Positions 13,596 through 24,534 of a stretch of 64,000 nt of DNA are shown one piece after another. The stretch comes from Macrostomum hystrix. Taxonomy: Eukaryota > Animalia > Platyhelminthes. The position numbers were made by a program, and so were the translations under genes. The DNA is taken from assembly GCA_950097015.1 (NCBI GenBank), contig CATNEN010000005.1:2542001-2606000 (forward strand). The letters are read 5' to 3'. Within the stretch, counting starts at the first letter, position 1. Each line of letters opens with the position of its first letter. The notes below the pieces were generated by a model. That model ran no database searches and was not told where the DNA came from. It saw only the letters and a list, made by a program, of their open reading frames with translations.

Positions 13596-13935
13596 GATGC
13601 TGCGGGCAATGGCACATCATTTGGTGACACTAGACCCGCAGCCAGCGAGGAGGCATGCTGCCCATTTCGCTGACTCCTGAGTACACACGCACACAGATAC
13701 TGTACGAAGTCACACTCTCACACAGGTGTGTACATCTACCCTGACTTTCTCATCGTCAGGCAGTGTACACTCTCACTGTGCCTTGGAGGTTGGCCCTCAA
13801 GGGCGTAAATTGCCCGACAAGCCCCCAAAGCCTTCTCTCCGCGGCTGCGCCCCAAATAAATGTGGCCTCGCCTCGGAATCGAGCTCAGGGACCTTGGTGC
13901 GAGAGGCAAACGCGTTAGATCGCTCTGCCACCCCC
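13596..13935 (-). mobile_element. tRNA-derived SINE, family C (most complete copy)
   Basis: The minus strand begins GGGGGTGGCAGAGCGATC..GAGCTCGATTCC (A/B-box-like). Its body and 3' end match partial copies at 34035-34135 (+), 35010-35215 (-) and 45455-45640 (-). Confidence 0.7.
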
Positions 13936-14337
13936 TATATTTTTCTGTAAATAACTTTGATAAATTAAATGAAAAAAACTCACGGAAATATGGATATCTT
14001 TGCAAAAGCAGAATTAACCAGATGACTTCACACGATTGTAATATTGTACTAAAATAAATAGCTTTAACGGTCTCCATTTTTAACAAACGTTTCTTTTGCA
14101 AACAGAATCATTTTCTTCGTGGTTTGTTTCGTTTGTTCTTCTTATTTCAACAATATAATGTTTAAGTACCTATTGATGGTCTATAAAAATGTTGCAATGC
14201 TTATTTTTGTAACTAACCAGTTGACCTGTAAAAAAATTCTTTACACAATGGGTTCTTTAACAAAGTGGATCGTTTTTCTATGTGTTTAAATGTAACTAAA
14301 ATTTATTTCATAAACGAAAAACGAAATCTAGACATTT

Positions 14338-15093
14338 GTCAATGCACTTCTAAAACGAAACTGCTGTCAATGCACTTCTAAAACGAAACTGCTGTCCATG
14401 CACATCTAAAACGAAACTGCTGTCAATGCATTTCTAAAACTAAACTGCTGTCAATGCTTCTAAAACGAAACTGCTGTCAATGTACTTTTAAAACGAAACT
14501 GCTGTCAATGTACTTTTTAAACGAAACTGCTGTCAATGCACTTCTAAAACTTAATTAATGTCAATGCACTTCTAAAACTAAACTAATGTCAATGCACTTC
14601 TAAAACTAAAGTACTGTCAATGCACTTCTTAAACGAAACTGCTGTCAATGCACTTCTTAAACGAAACTGCTGTCAATGCACTTCTAAAACTAAACTACTG
14701 TCAATGCACTTCTAAAACTAAACTACTGTCAATGCACTTCTAAAACGAAACTGCTGTCAATGCACTTCTAAAACGAAACTGCTGTCAAATGCACTTCTAA
14801 AACGAAACTACTGTCGATGTACTTCTAAAACAAAACTACTGTCAATGCACTTCTAAAACGAAACTGCTGTCAATGCACTTCTAAAACTAAACTGTTGTCA
14901 ATGCACTTCTAAAACGAAACTGCTGTCAATGAACTTCTAAAACTAAACTACTGTCAATGCACTTCTAAAACTAAACTGTTGTCAATGCACTTCTAAAACG
15001 AAACTGCTGTCAATGCACTTCTAAAACGAAACTACTGTCAATGCACTTCTAAAACTAAACTGTTGTCAATGCACTTCTAAAACGAAACTGCTG
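14338..15093. repeat. 28-bp minisatellite AATGCACTTCTAAAACGAAACTGCTGTC
   Basis: Direct tandem copies. Confidence 0.95.
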
Positions 15094-15339
15094 CGAAGGA
15101 GGAAACGTTTAGAAAAACAATAAGAACCTGACTATCCACGTCGTCTTATTTGAAGTAATTTTCCAGCAATTTTCGCCATATAACTACCTCTTAAAGATAG
15201 CCAACGAAAAAAATTGAATGAGATCAAAGTGCCAGCTGGATTCACTTTGATCTGTAAAAATGCCAAATGGTTCCAACCTTCAAATGTAGAGCCTACTGTC
15301 ACCAATTCGCAGAATGCACTTGTCTGTGAAAGAAAGATT

Positions 15340-16440
15340 GTCACCCGTTAGACAGAATATTTTACCTGCTAGACAGATTGTCACCTGTTAGACAGAATAT
15401 TGTCACCTGTTAGACAGAATATTGTCGCCTGTTAGACAGAATATTGTCACCTGTTACACAGTATGTCGTCAGCTGTTAGACAGAATATTGTCACCTGTTA
15501 GACAGAATATTGTCACCTGTTAGACAGAATATTGTCGCCTGTTAGACAGAATATTGTCGCCTGTTAGACAGAATATTGTCACCTGTTAGACAGAATATTG
15601 TCACCTGTTAGACAGAATATTGTCGCCTGTTAGACAGAATATTGTCACCTGTTAGACAGAATATTGTCACCTGTTAGACAGTATATTGTCACCTGTTAGA
15701 CAGTATATTGTCACCTGTTAGACAGAATATTGTCACCTGTTGGACAGAATATTGTCACCAGTTAGACAGAATATTGTCACCTGTTGGACAGAATATTGTC
15801 ACCAGTTAGACAGAATATTGTCACCTGTTGGACAGAATATTGTCACCTGTTAGACAGTATATTGTCACCTGTTAGACAGTATATTGTCACCTGTTAGACA
15901 GAATATTGTCACCTGTTGGACAGAATATTGTCACCAGTTAGACAGAATATTGTCACCTGTTAGACAGAATATTGTCGCCTGTTAGACAGAATATTGTCGC
16001 CTGTTAGACAGAATATTGTCACCTGTTAGACAGAATATTGTCACCTGTTAGACAGTATATTGTCACCTGTTAGACAGTATATTGTCACCTGTTAGACAGA
16101 ATATTGTCACCTGTTGGACAGTATATTGTCACCTGTTAGACAGAATATTGTCACCTGTTGGACAGAATATTGTCACCAGTTAGACAGAATATTGTCACCT
16201 GTTGGACAGAATATTGTCACCTGTTAGACAGTATATTGTCACCTGTTAGACAGTATATTGTCACCTGTTAGACAGAATATTGTCACCTGTTGGACAGAAT
16301 ATTGTCACCAGTTAGACAGAATATTGTCACCTGTTGGACAGAATATTGTCACCAGTTAGACAGAATATTGTCACCTGTTGGACAGAATATTGTCACCTGT
16401 TAGACAGAATATTGTCACCTGTTGGACAGAATATTGTCAG
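15340..16440. repeat. 22-bp minisatellite CACCTGTTAGACAGAATATTGT
   Basis: Direct tandem copies. Confidence 0.97.
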
Positions 16441-16763
16441 CAGCTGGATTGTACTTTTCGATGCAGATATTTTGGCAAAAAAATCCCCCCAGTGTTTGTA
16501 GCTCGCCAATTAGTTAACAATTTTTTTGGTGAAACCAAATTGTAAACCATAGGATGATTAGACTATTTTGTTTATTCAAAATGAAATTGCTGGCTTTTCA
16601 GACCAATTAGTGAACTGGTCCAACATTTGGCCTGAGGTTGAAGAAGAAGTTCAATTTTTTTTTAAGTTTTTACGATTTTTTACTTTAAATCCTTAAGGAT
16701 TTCCCTATTCCAAATCCTTAAATACCTAATCCCAAAAGTATTCCAGTAGAACAATTTAGTTAG

Positions 16764-16860
16764 AAGGGTTTGCAGACGAGTGGTTAGAGCGTCGGACTCG
16801 CGGCTTGAAGGTCGTGGGTTCGATTCCTCACTCCAATGGAACAAACAAACAATCAGTGTC
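16764..16860 (+). mobile_element. Diverged, truncated SINE family A head
   Basis: GAGTGGTTAGAGCGTCGGACTCGCGGCTTGAAGGTCGTGGGTTCGATTCC aligns with the family A head. Confidence 0.65.
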
Positions 16861-17110
16861 ATTTAGAAAGAGCAGCAATTCTGACTAAACGATATTTTTT
16901 GTTTTCTTAAGTCAGTCTTGCCTATTATAATTAGTCGTTATAGTACTGGAAGAAAAAATGTCTACTGTCTATGGCCAAAGCTGAAACTTTCCCTCTACAA
17001 TTCGCATACAAACTGTGATGAAAAGCAACACATCGCTGCAAAAAGACAAGCCAAGGCCGGTGAAATATAATAATCTAACTGAATGATTGGTAGCACCAAC
17101 TGGCAGCCTA

Positions 17111-20100
17111 ATGTTGAGTTTAGAGCCGTCCAGACTGCAGAATCTGCCAAAACCTCCAGCATTCCTGGATCCGCTATCCAGCCTAGAAAGCAGCTATTAC
17201 TATTCTATTCCAAAATTTCATCCGGCCAATCATCCGGTCACCACCTGGCTGCTGAAGCGCATCCTCTCTCACGACGTCGAGTCCATCAAGCGAAAGCTGG
17301 AGCTGTGTCCGACCTTGCTGCAGGAGCGCTATTTTCAACTGGTCGACGATCCATGCATCTATGCGAGCAACAGCGACACCGACTGCATGTTCCACCGCAA
17401 GTGCCTGCTGTATCTAACACCGCTGGCTATTGCAATCTATTTCAAATCGGTGAGATTTGGCTTCTGGATTCTAGAGACTAAAAGGAATCAGACAAGGTGG
17501 AGAGACCTTGAGAGTAGGGGGTGAGAGTGAGGGCGAGAGAGAGGGCGAGAGAGAGGGCGAGAGAGAGGGCGAGAGAGAGGGCGAGAGAGAGGGCGAGAGA
17601 GAGGGCGTGAGACAGGGGCGAGAGAGAGGGCGAGAGGGAGAGGTTGAGAGAGAGGGCGAGAGAGAGGGCGAGAAGGAGAGAGAGAGAGCGGGAGAGAGGA
17701 TAGAGCACACTGCCCATTGAATTTAAAAAATCGAATGTTGGAATTGATTCCGATATGTATCGAAAAAATTGAAACATATCGGATGGACGGATTCGAACCA
17801 ATGCAACTCCAGACGCCTTTCGCTCTTGTTGGAGCTCATCAGTAGAGTCTAGCCTTGCGCTTTAGCCATTCGGCTATAGGCGCTTGCTCAAATCCAGCTT
17901 TCAACCTCAACATATCGAAATCGTGAGACAGGGGCGAAAGAGAGGGCGAGAGAGGGGGAGAGAGAGGGCGAGAGAGAGGGCGAGAGAGAGGGATGAGAGA
18001 GAGGGAGAGAGAGAGCGGGAGAGAGGAGAGAGGACACTGCCCATTGAATATCAAAAATCTAATGTTGGAATCGATTCCGATATGTATCGAAAAATTTGAA
18101 ATCCGGATTCGAACCAAGGCAACTCCAGACGCGTTTCGCTCTCATTGAAGCTCATCAGTAGAGAGGGGGAGAGAGAGGGTGAGAGAGAGGGCGAGAGAGA
18201 GGGTGAGAGAGAGGGGGAGAGAGAGGGCGAGAGAGAGGGTGAGAGAGAGGGGGGAGAGAGAGGGTGAGAGAGAGGGGGAGAGAGAGGGCGAGAGAGAGGG
18301 CTTGAGGGAGGGGGCCAAGAAGGTCATGATTAGATACGATGCAAATCTAATGCAAGTGAAATCCCTATGCAATCCAGTATGAAGTGGCAGACGTTCTGCT
18401 TTCGCATCAACCTACGACTGAAACCAACGTAGCGATGTGCGAGGCGCCCCAGTTCTGTAGCCACCTGCAGGACAAAGTCGGTGGAGATTTCCACGCCTAT
18501 CCAATATTTATAATTGTGCTACGCAGGTCAGTATTCGCAGCCGTGTCGCTGCTAGCCCGTTGCGGCTGGCGAGCTGCCCAACCGATCGCCATGCCTCTGA
18601 GAAGGCGTTTTGAGCGCAGGATAATCTACTTTAGAGACTGGCTTGACGCGGCCTTAAGCGTACTGCAAGCTAGGCCGAATTACTCTCTGGCTACTCTAGT
18701 TCATCACGTGACCTGCACTCCTGGCTATGAGTACATTCAACTTCCAGTTGGCGCCGTGTCGGCCAAATCTAAATTGGACCCGAAGGAAGTGGAAAATGAT
18801 GACGAAAAATCGGCAACTAAAAAGAAGAAGAAGCGAAAAGATGCGAATTCTGTTTTGCATCAACAGCCGGGACTTTTGGAATTCGGAAACCAGCCACCCT
18901 CCGTGCCAATTGTTGGAGTAAAAAATATCGCCGAATTGTGCCTGATGGTTGACACGTTCAGACAGACTAAGAACAGAGCCAAAGAAATTAGAACCCTGAT
19001 GAGCAAAGCTGTGAACAATGGCTTGCACCCTGAGGTCGTGCTTACTAAAGCGTTGGACGATATTCAGCCTGATCTGGAGGATAGGAATAACAATTACTTC
19101 GCTGATCTGATGCGGCGGAATCGTGAGTTGATCTTAGGAATAGTTGGATACTAGTTAGATGCGTTTTGTAAACTGTTAGACGCCTTAGACACAGGGACTC
19201 ACTTGTCAGAGACGCCGTGATTCACCTGTTAGACACAGTGACTCTTACCTGACTCACCTGTTAGACATGATAACTCACCTGTTAGACATGATAACTCACC
19301 TGTTAGACACAATAACTCACCTGTTAGACACAATAACTCACCTGTTAGACACAATAACTCACCTGTTAGACACAATAACTCACCTGTTAGACACAATAAC
19401 TCACCTGTTAGACACAATAACTCACCTGTTAGACACAATAACTCACCTGTTAGACCCAGTGACTCTCACCTTACTCACATTTTAGACATGGTGACTCACC
19501 TGATAGACAAAGTGACTCACCTGTTAGACACGATAACTCACCTGTTAGACACAATAACTCACCTGTTAGACACGATAACTCACCTGATAGACACGATAAC
19601 TCACCTGTTAGACACGATAACTCACATGTTAGACACGATAACTCACATGTTAGACACGATAACTCACCTGATAGACACGATAACTCACCTGATAGACACG
19701 ATAACTCACCTGTTAGACACGATAACTCACATGTTAGACACGATAACTCACATGTTAGACACGATAACTCACATGTTAGACACGATAACTCACATGTTAG
19801 ACAGGGTGACTCACCTATGAGACACTATGGTTCACCTGTTAGACTCGGTGTCTCCCCTGTTACACACGGCTTGTCAACAGATAAACCCCAGAAACGGAGA
19901 ATTAGTTTCCAATCACTTTTTCGTCCATCAGAATTCGGCGGCCCATCGAACAGCAACAATCACGCCGCTTCTGCTACCAATGAGCCGATGCAGCCCATGC
20001 AGAACGAGCATTGCTCTGAACCAGTTCGAATCCTGCTGTGTGGCCTAGAACGCTCTCGTTTTCGTCAGCTTTGTCTGGACGCTGTCGCCGTGTACGTCAG

Positions 20101-23100
20101 TCGTCGAAACTATTTCTGCTGTTCCGAGGAGCTGGGTCCACTAGATGGGCGAATTCGGGACTTGCGCAACTTCGTTGTCACCCTCTTGAATATTGTGGCT
20201 AGCGAGAAAACGGATATCGATGCGATTGAAACTCAGATTACACCTACACACCCCAGGAGACGCGCATTGGAAACACTGATATCCATTAAGTCAGGTGAGC
20301 AACTGACAACAAATATTTGGCATAAAAATTAACTCCTCAAACCCCTGCTGACACCTTCTCAAACTCAGCTGACATCTTCTCCAACCCATGCTGACACCTT
20401 CTCAAACCCATGCTGACACCTTCTCAAACCCATACTGACACCTTCTCAAACTCAGCTGACACCTTCTCAAACTCAGCTGACACCTTCTCAAACTCAGCTG
20501 ACACCATCTCAAACCCATGCTGACGCCTTCTCAAACCCATGCTGACACCTTCTCAAACCCATGCTGACACCTTCTCAAACCCATGCTGACACCTTCTCAA
20601 ACCCATGCTGACACCTTCTCAAACCCATGCTGACACCTTCTCAAACCCATGCTGACACCTTCTCAAACCTCTGCTGTGCAAACTCTTAATTAAACTTTCG
20701 CTGTCAATCTTTCCTGATCAGTCATGCTAAAAATAAATAGTGTCTGAGCATTATATTGTCATAAACCCCTAATGATCAAAAGACACAAAACAAAAATAAC
20801 CTTTAGAGGGTAATTATTTTTTAACTGGCTTTCACGAAGCAAAAAATTTGTCATCAGGCTAATCTGTCTGAACTGATTATTATTTGTTTTTGGAAACATT
20901 TTTGTAATGAAATCGAAACAAAAACTGTGTAAAACAACTACAGTGAAGACAATCTTTAACGATTCTATTAATGCGAGCTAAACTATATTTAAAGGTAGCT
21001 ATATTTAATCATTAATTTAAGTTCAATAATAGGGTTCGTTGACGTGCATCTTAGCTATTTGCTACCGTATAATTAAATTTCACCATGTACCTTAAAACTC
21101 AACACTTTGCCTCGTTTTCCCAACTATTTTCGCTCGGGCAATGAGTAGTGGTGTTGGAAAAAATCGATAAAATATACACCAGCTGACGTTATGCTGTCTG
21201 TAATTTTAGAACCAGAAATGATAGTTAAAGCAACTGGAAAATGGGCTAAATAACTAAATTTAATCAATCAACGACCAGGCATCGACCGATGATGCGTTAT
21301 TGACTAATTCATTAGCATGACCGATCAATTAACATCAACTAATCAATCAATCCATTAGCATCAATCAATCAACCTAATAGCATCAATCAATCCATCCATT
21401 AGCATCAATCAATCAACCTAATAGCATCAATCAATCCATCCATTAGCATCAATCAATCAACCTAATAGCATCAATCAATCCATCCATTAGCATCAATCAA
21501 TCAACCTAATAGCATCAATCAATCCATCCATTAGCATCAATCAATCAACCTAATAGCATAAATCAATCCATTAGCATCAATCAATCAACCTAATAGCATA
21601 AATCAATCCATTAGCATCAATCAATCAACCTAATAGCATAAATCAATCCATTAGCATCAATCAATCAACCTAATAGCATAAATCAATCCATTAGCATCAA
21701 TCAATCAATCTAATAGCATAAATCAATCCATTAGCATCAATCAATCAACCTAATAGCATCAATCAATCAACCTAATAGCATAAATCAATCCATTAGCATA
21801 AATCAATCCATTAGCATAAATCAAGCCATTAGCATCAATCAATCCATTAGCCTAAATCAATCCATTTGCATCAATCAATCCATTAGCATAAATCAATCCA
21901 TTAGCATAAATCAATCCATTAGCATAAATCAATCCATTAGCATCAATCAACAACCTAATAGCATAAATCAATCCATTAGCATCAATCAACCAAATAGCAT
22001 AAATCAATCCATTAGCATCAATCAATCAATCTAATAGCATAAATCAATCCATTAGCATCAATCAACCAAATAGCATAAATCAATCCATTAGCATCAATCA
22101 ATCAACCTAATAGCATAAATCGATCCATTAGCATCAATCAATCAACCTAATGGCATAAATCAATCCATTAGCATCAATCAATCAATCTAATAGCATAAAT
22201 CAATCCATTAGCATCAATCAACAACCTAATAGCATAAATCCATCCATTAGCATCAATCAACAACCTAATAGCATAAATCAATCCATTAGCATCAATCAAT
22301 CAACCTAATAGCATAAATCAATCCATTAGCATCAATCAATCAATCTAATAGCATAAATCAATCCATTAGCATCAATCAATCAACCTAATAGCATCAATCA
22401 ATCAACCTAATAGCATAAATCAATCCATTAGCATAAATCAATCCATTAGCATCAATCAACAACCTAATAGCATAAATCAATCCATTAGCATCAATCAACC
22501 AAATAGCATAAATCAATCCATTAGCATCAATCAATCAATCTAATAGCATAAATCAATCCATTAGCATCAATCAATCAACCTAATAGCATCAATCAATCAA
22601 CCTAATAGCATCAATCAATCAACCTAATAGCATAAATCAATCCATTAGCATAAATCAATCCATTAGCATAAATCAATCCATTAGCATCAATCAACAACCT
22701 AATAGCATAAATCAATCCATTAGCATCAATCAACCAAATAGCATAAATCAATCCATTAGCATCAATCAATCAATCTAATAGCATAAATCAATCCATTAGC
22801 ATCAATCAACCAAATAGCATAAATCAATCCATTAGCATCAATCAATCAACCTAATAGCATAAATCGATCCATTAGCATCAATCAATCAACCTAATGGCAT
22901 AAATCAATCCATTAGCATCAATCAATCAATCTAATAGCATAAATCAATCCATTAGCATCAATCAACAACCTAATAGCATAAATCCATCCATTAGCATCAA
23001 TCAACAACCTAATAGCATAAATCCATCCATTAGCATCAATCAACAACCTAATAGCATAAATCAATCCATTAGCATCAATCAACAACCTAATAGCATAAAT

Positions 23101-23903
23101 CAATCCATTAGCATCAATCAATCAACCTAATAGCATAAATCAATCCATTAGCATCAATCAATCAATCTAATAGCATAAATCAATCCATTAGCATCAATCA
23201 ATCAACCTAATAGCATCAATCAATCAACCTAATAGCATAAATCAATCCATTAGCATAAATCAATCCATTAGCATAAATCAAGCCATTAGCATCAATCAAT
23301 CCATTAGCCTAAATCAATCCATTTGCATCAATCAATCCATTAGCATAAATCAATCCATTAGCATAAATCAATCCATTAGCATCAATCAATCCATTAGCAT
23401 AAATCAATCCATTAGCATCAATCAATCCATCAAACTAACCAAAAAAGCATCAAATTAACCAGATAAACTGATGAGAAAATCAATCAATCAATTGATCAAT
23501 CTTCTAACTGAAATCACCCAACCCATCCGCAGGCGTAATCACTCGTGTCACCGGCATCCTGATGGAATCCCTTGTGCGCACCAAGCAGATTGTGAACTTC
23601 CTAGCGTCAGCCGTCTCATTTCCGCCTTATCCACAGGACTCAGTGGATTTCGCTATCAATCCCAGACTGGCCGCATCGATGCTAGAAATTTGCTACGGCG
23701 TTGTCATACATCTAAATGCCAAACGGGACGTTCATAAGTTTCTAAACAACGAAATACTAGAGAAGGCAATGAAAGATTCGTCCATATCGTTGCAACTTAA
23801 ATTTGGCCGACTACCAACCGAAGCCGAACTACAAAAGCACAAAAGTATTTTAAAAGAGACAAGCAAGGAATCAAAGGAGCAGAAACCAATTATCGAAAAA
23901 TAA
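17111..23903 (+). CDS. Uncharacterised ankyrin-repeat-like protein, about 620 aa; exons 17111-17449, 18378-19122, 19881-20294, 23533-23903 (start codon uncertain)
   Basis: Phase-consistent GT-AG junctions: TCG|GTGAGA..TCCAG|TAT, AATC|GTGAGT..AACAG|AT, TCAG|GTGAGC..CGCAG|GC. The first splice reconstitutes an ankyrin-like repeat TPLAIAIYFKS-YEVADVLLSH. A basic NLS-like KKKKKRK is present. Confidence 0.6.
17805..17849 (-). ncRNA. Type I hammerhead ribozyme, copy 1
   Basis: The minus strand reads GACUCUA-CUGAUGA-GCUC(CAACAA)GAGC-GAAA-GGCG-UC|UGGAGUU. It has a 7-bp stem I, the complete catalytic core, a 4-bp stem II, and a minimal stem III with a G at 15.2 (mismatch). Confidence 0.8.
18121..18163 (-). 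ncRNA. Type I hammerhead ribozyme, copy 2
   Basis: The minus strand reads CUCUA-CUGAUGA-GCUU(CAAUGA)GAGC-GAAA-CGCG-UC|UGGAG. It has an intact core, a stem II with a C-G to U.G change relative to copy 1, and a palindromic CGCG stem III as in minimal metazoan hammerheads. Confidence 0.85.
19220..19845. repeat. 21-bp minisatellite CACCTGTTAGACACAATAACT (intronic)
   Basis: Direct tandem copies. Confidence 0.95.
20340..20670. repeat. 22-bp minisatellite CTGACACCTTCTCAAACCCATG (intronic)
   Basis: Direct tandem copies. Confidence 0.93.
21330..23440. repeat. Composite 18/22-bp minisatellite based on TTAGCATCAATCAATCCA (intronic)
   Basis: Alternating unit variants. Confidence 0.95.
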
Positions 23904-24534
23904 TTGTGACGGAATTTCGTCATTTTTTCTGTATCCGGGTGCCAACTTGTTTTAGATATAAATGTGCCCATGATGGGAAGGCATTAAAATTGACACCCGT
24001 CCGTCGTTCTTGAAATGCGCGGTAGAGTTGGCATTGCGGTGACTTTTTTCATTGCAATGATACATTTCATTACAATTTAATATTAATGCCTTAAACAGTA
24101 CTTTTCAACCTCTCAAACCTGCTTCAGTAGTTTAGAACCGGATGTTTTGTTCTAAAAATGCGAAAATCTACATTTGAAATGTGTTTTATTGAGCTGAAAA
24201 TGTCTGCTGTTTGTTTAAACACATGTTTAAACAAAAATTTGCTTTCAAGAAACACAAATCTCTGGACTATAATATTTTCATTCATACTTTAATTCAATAA
24301 CAACCATTCTTTGATACCGTATTTAATGGCCAGGAAAAAATATTTATCCAAGAGAAACAAATTTTTGCTCTTTTTTTAATTAAAAGCAGAATTCAAATAA
24401 ACATCAGAGAAGTGCAAAAACAACACCAGCTACCTTGTTTTCTCTGCGACCATCTCTTTCAATATGCATTCACAAAATACTTCGTTTTTTAACTGATTTG
24501 CGCAATTTTACTAGCCGTTATAGAAGCTAAAAAA

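Larger units (their letters stand above)
17500..18310 (-). mobile_element. Tandem retrozyme/Sm-alpha-like element: about 316-nt units made of A box, hammerhead, B box, conserved body and CT-rich spacer
   Basis: Two roughly 150-nt homologous blocks (about 17700-17850 and 18025-18165) separated by GAGAGAGAGGGC-type tracts. A box TAGCCGAATGG at 17876-17866. B boxes GGTTCGAATCC at 17799-17789 and 18115-18105. Confidence 0.7.

Noticed and set aside
15130-15345. Short open frame upstream of the ankyrin-like gene
   Set aside because: No phase-consistent splice sites link it to the gene.
18996-19015. CTGATGA-GC-AAA-GC in a coding exon (and CTGATGA on minus near 20850)
   Set aside because: No GAAA follows directly after stem II, so this is a chance match.
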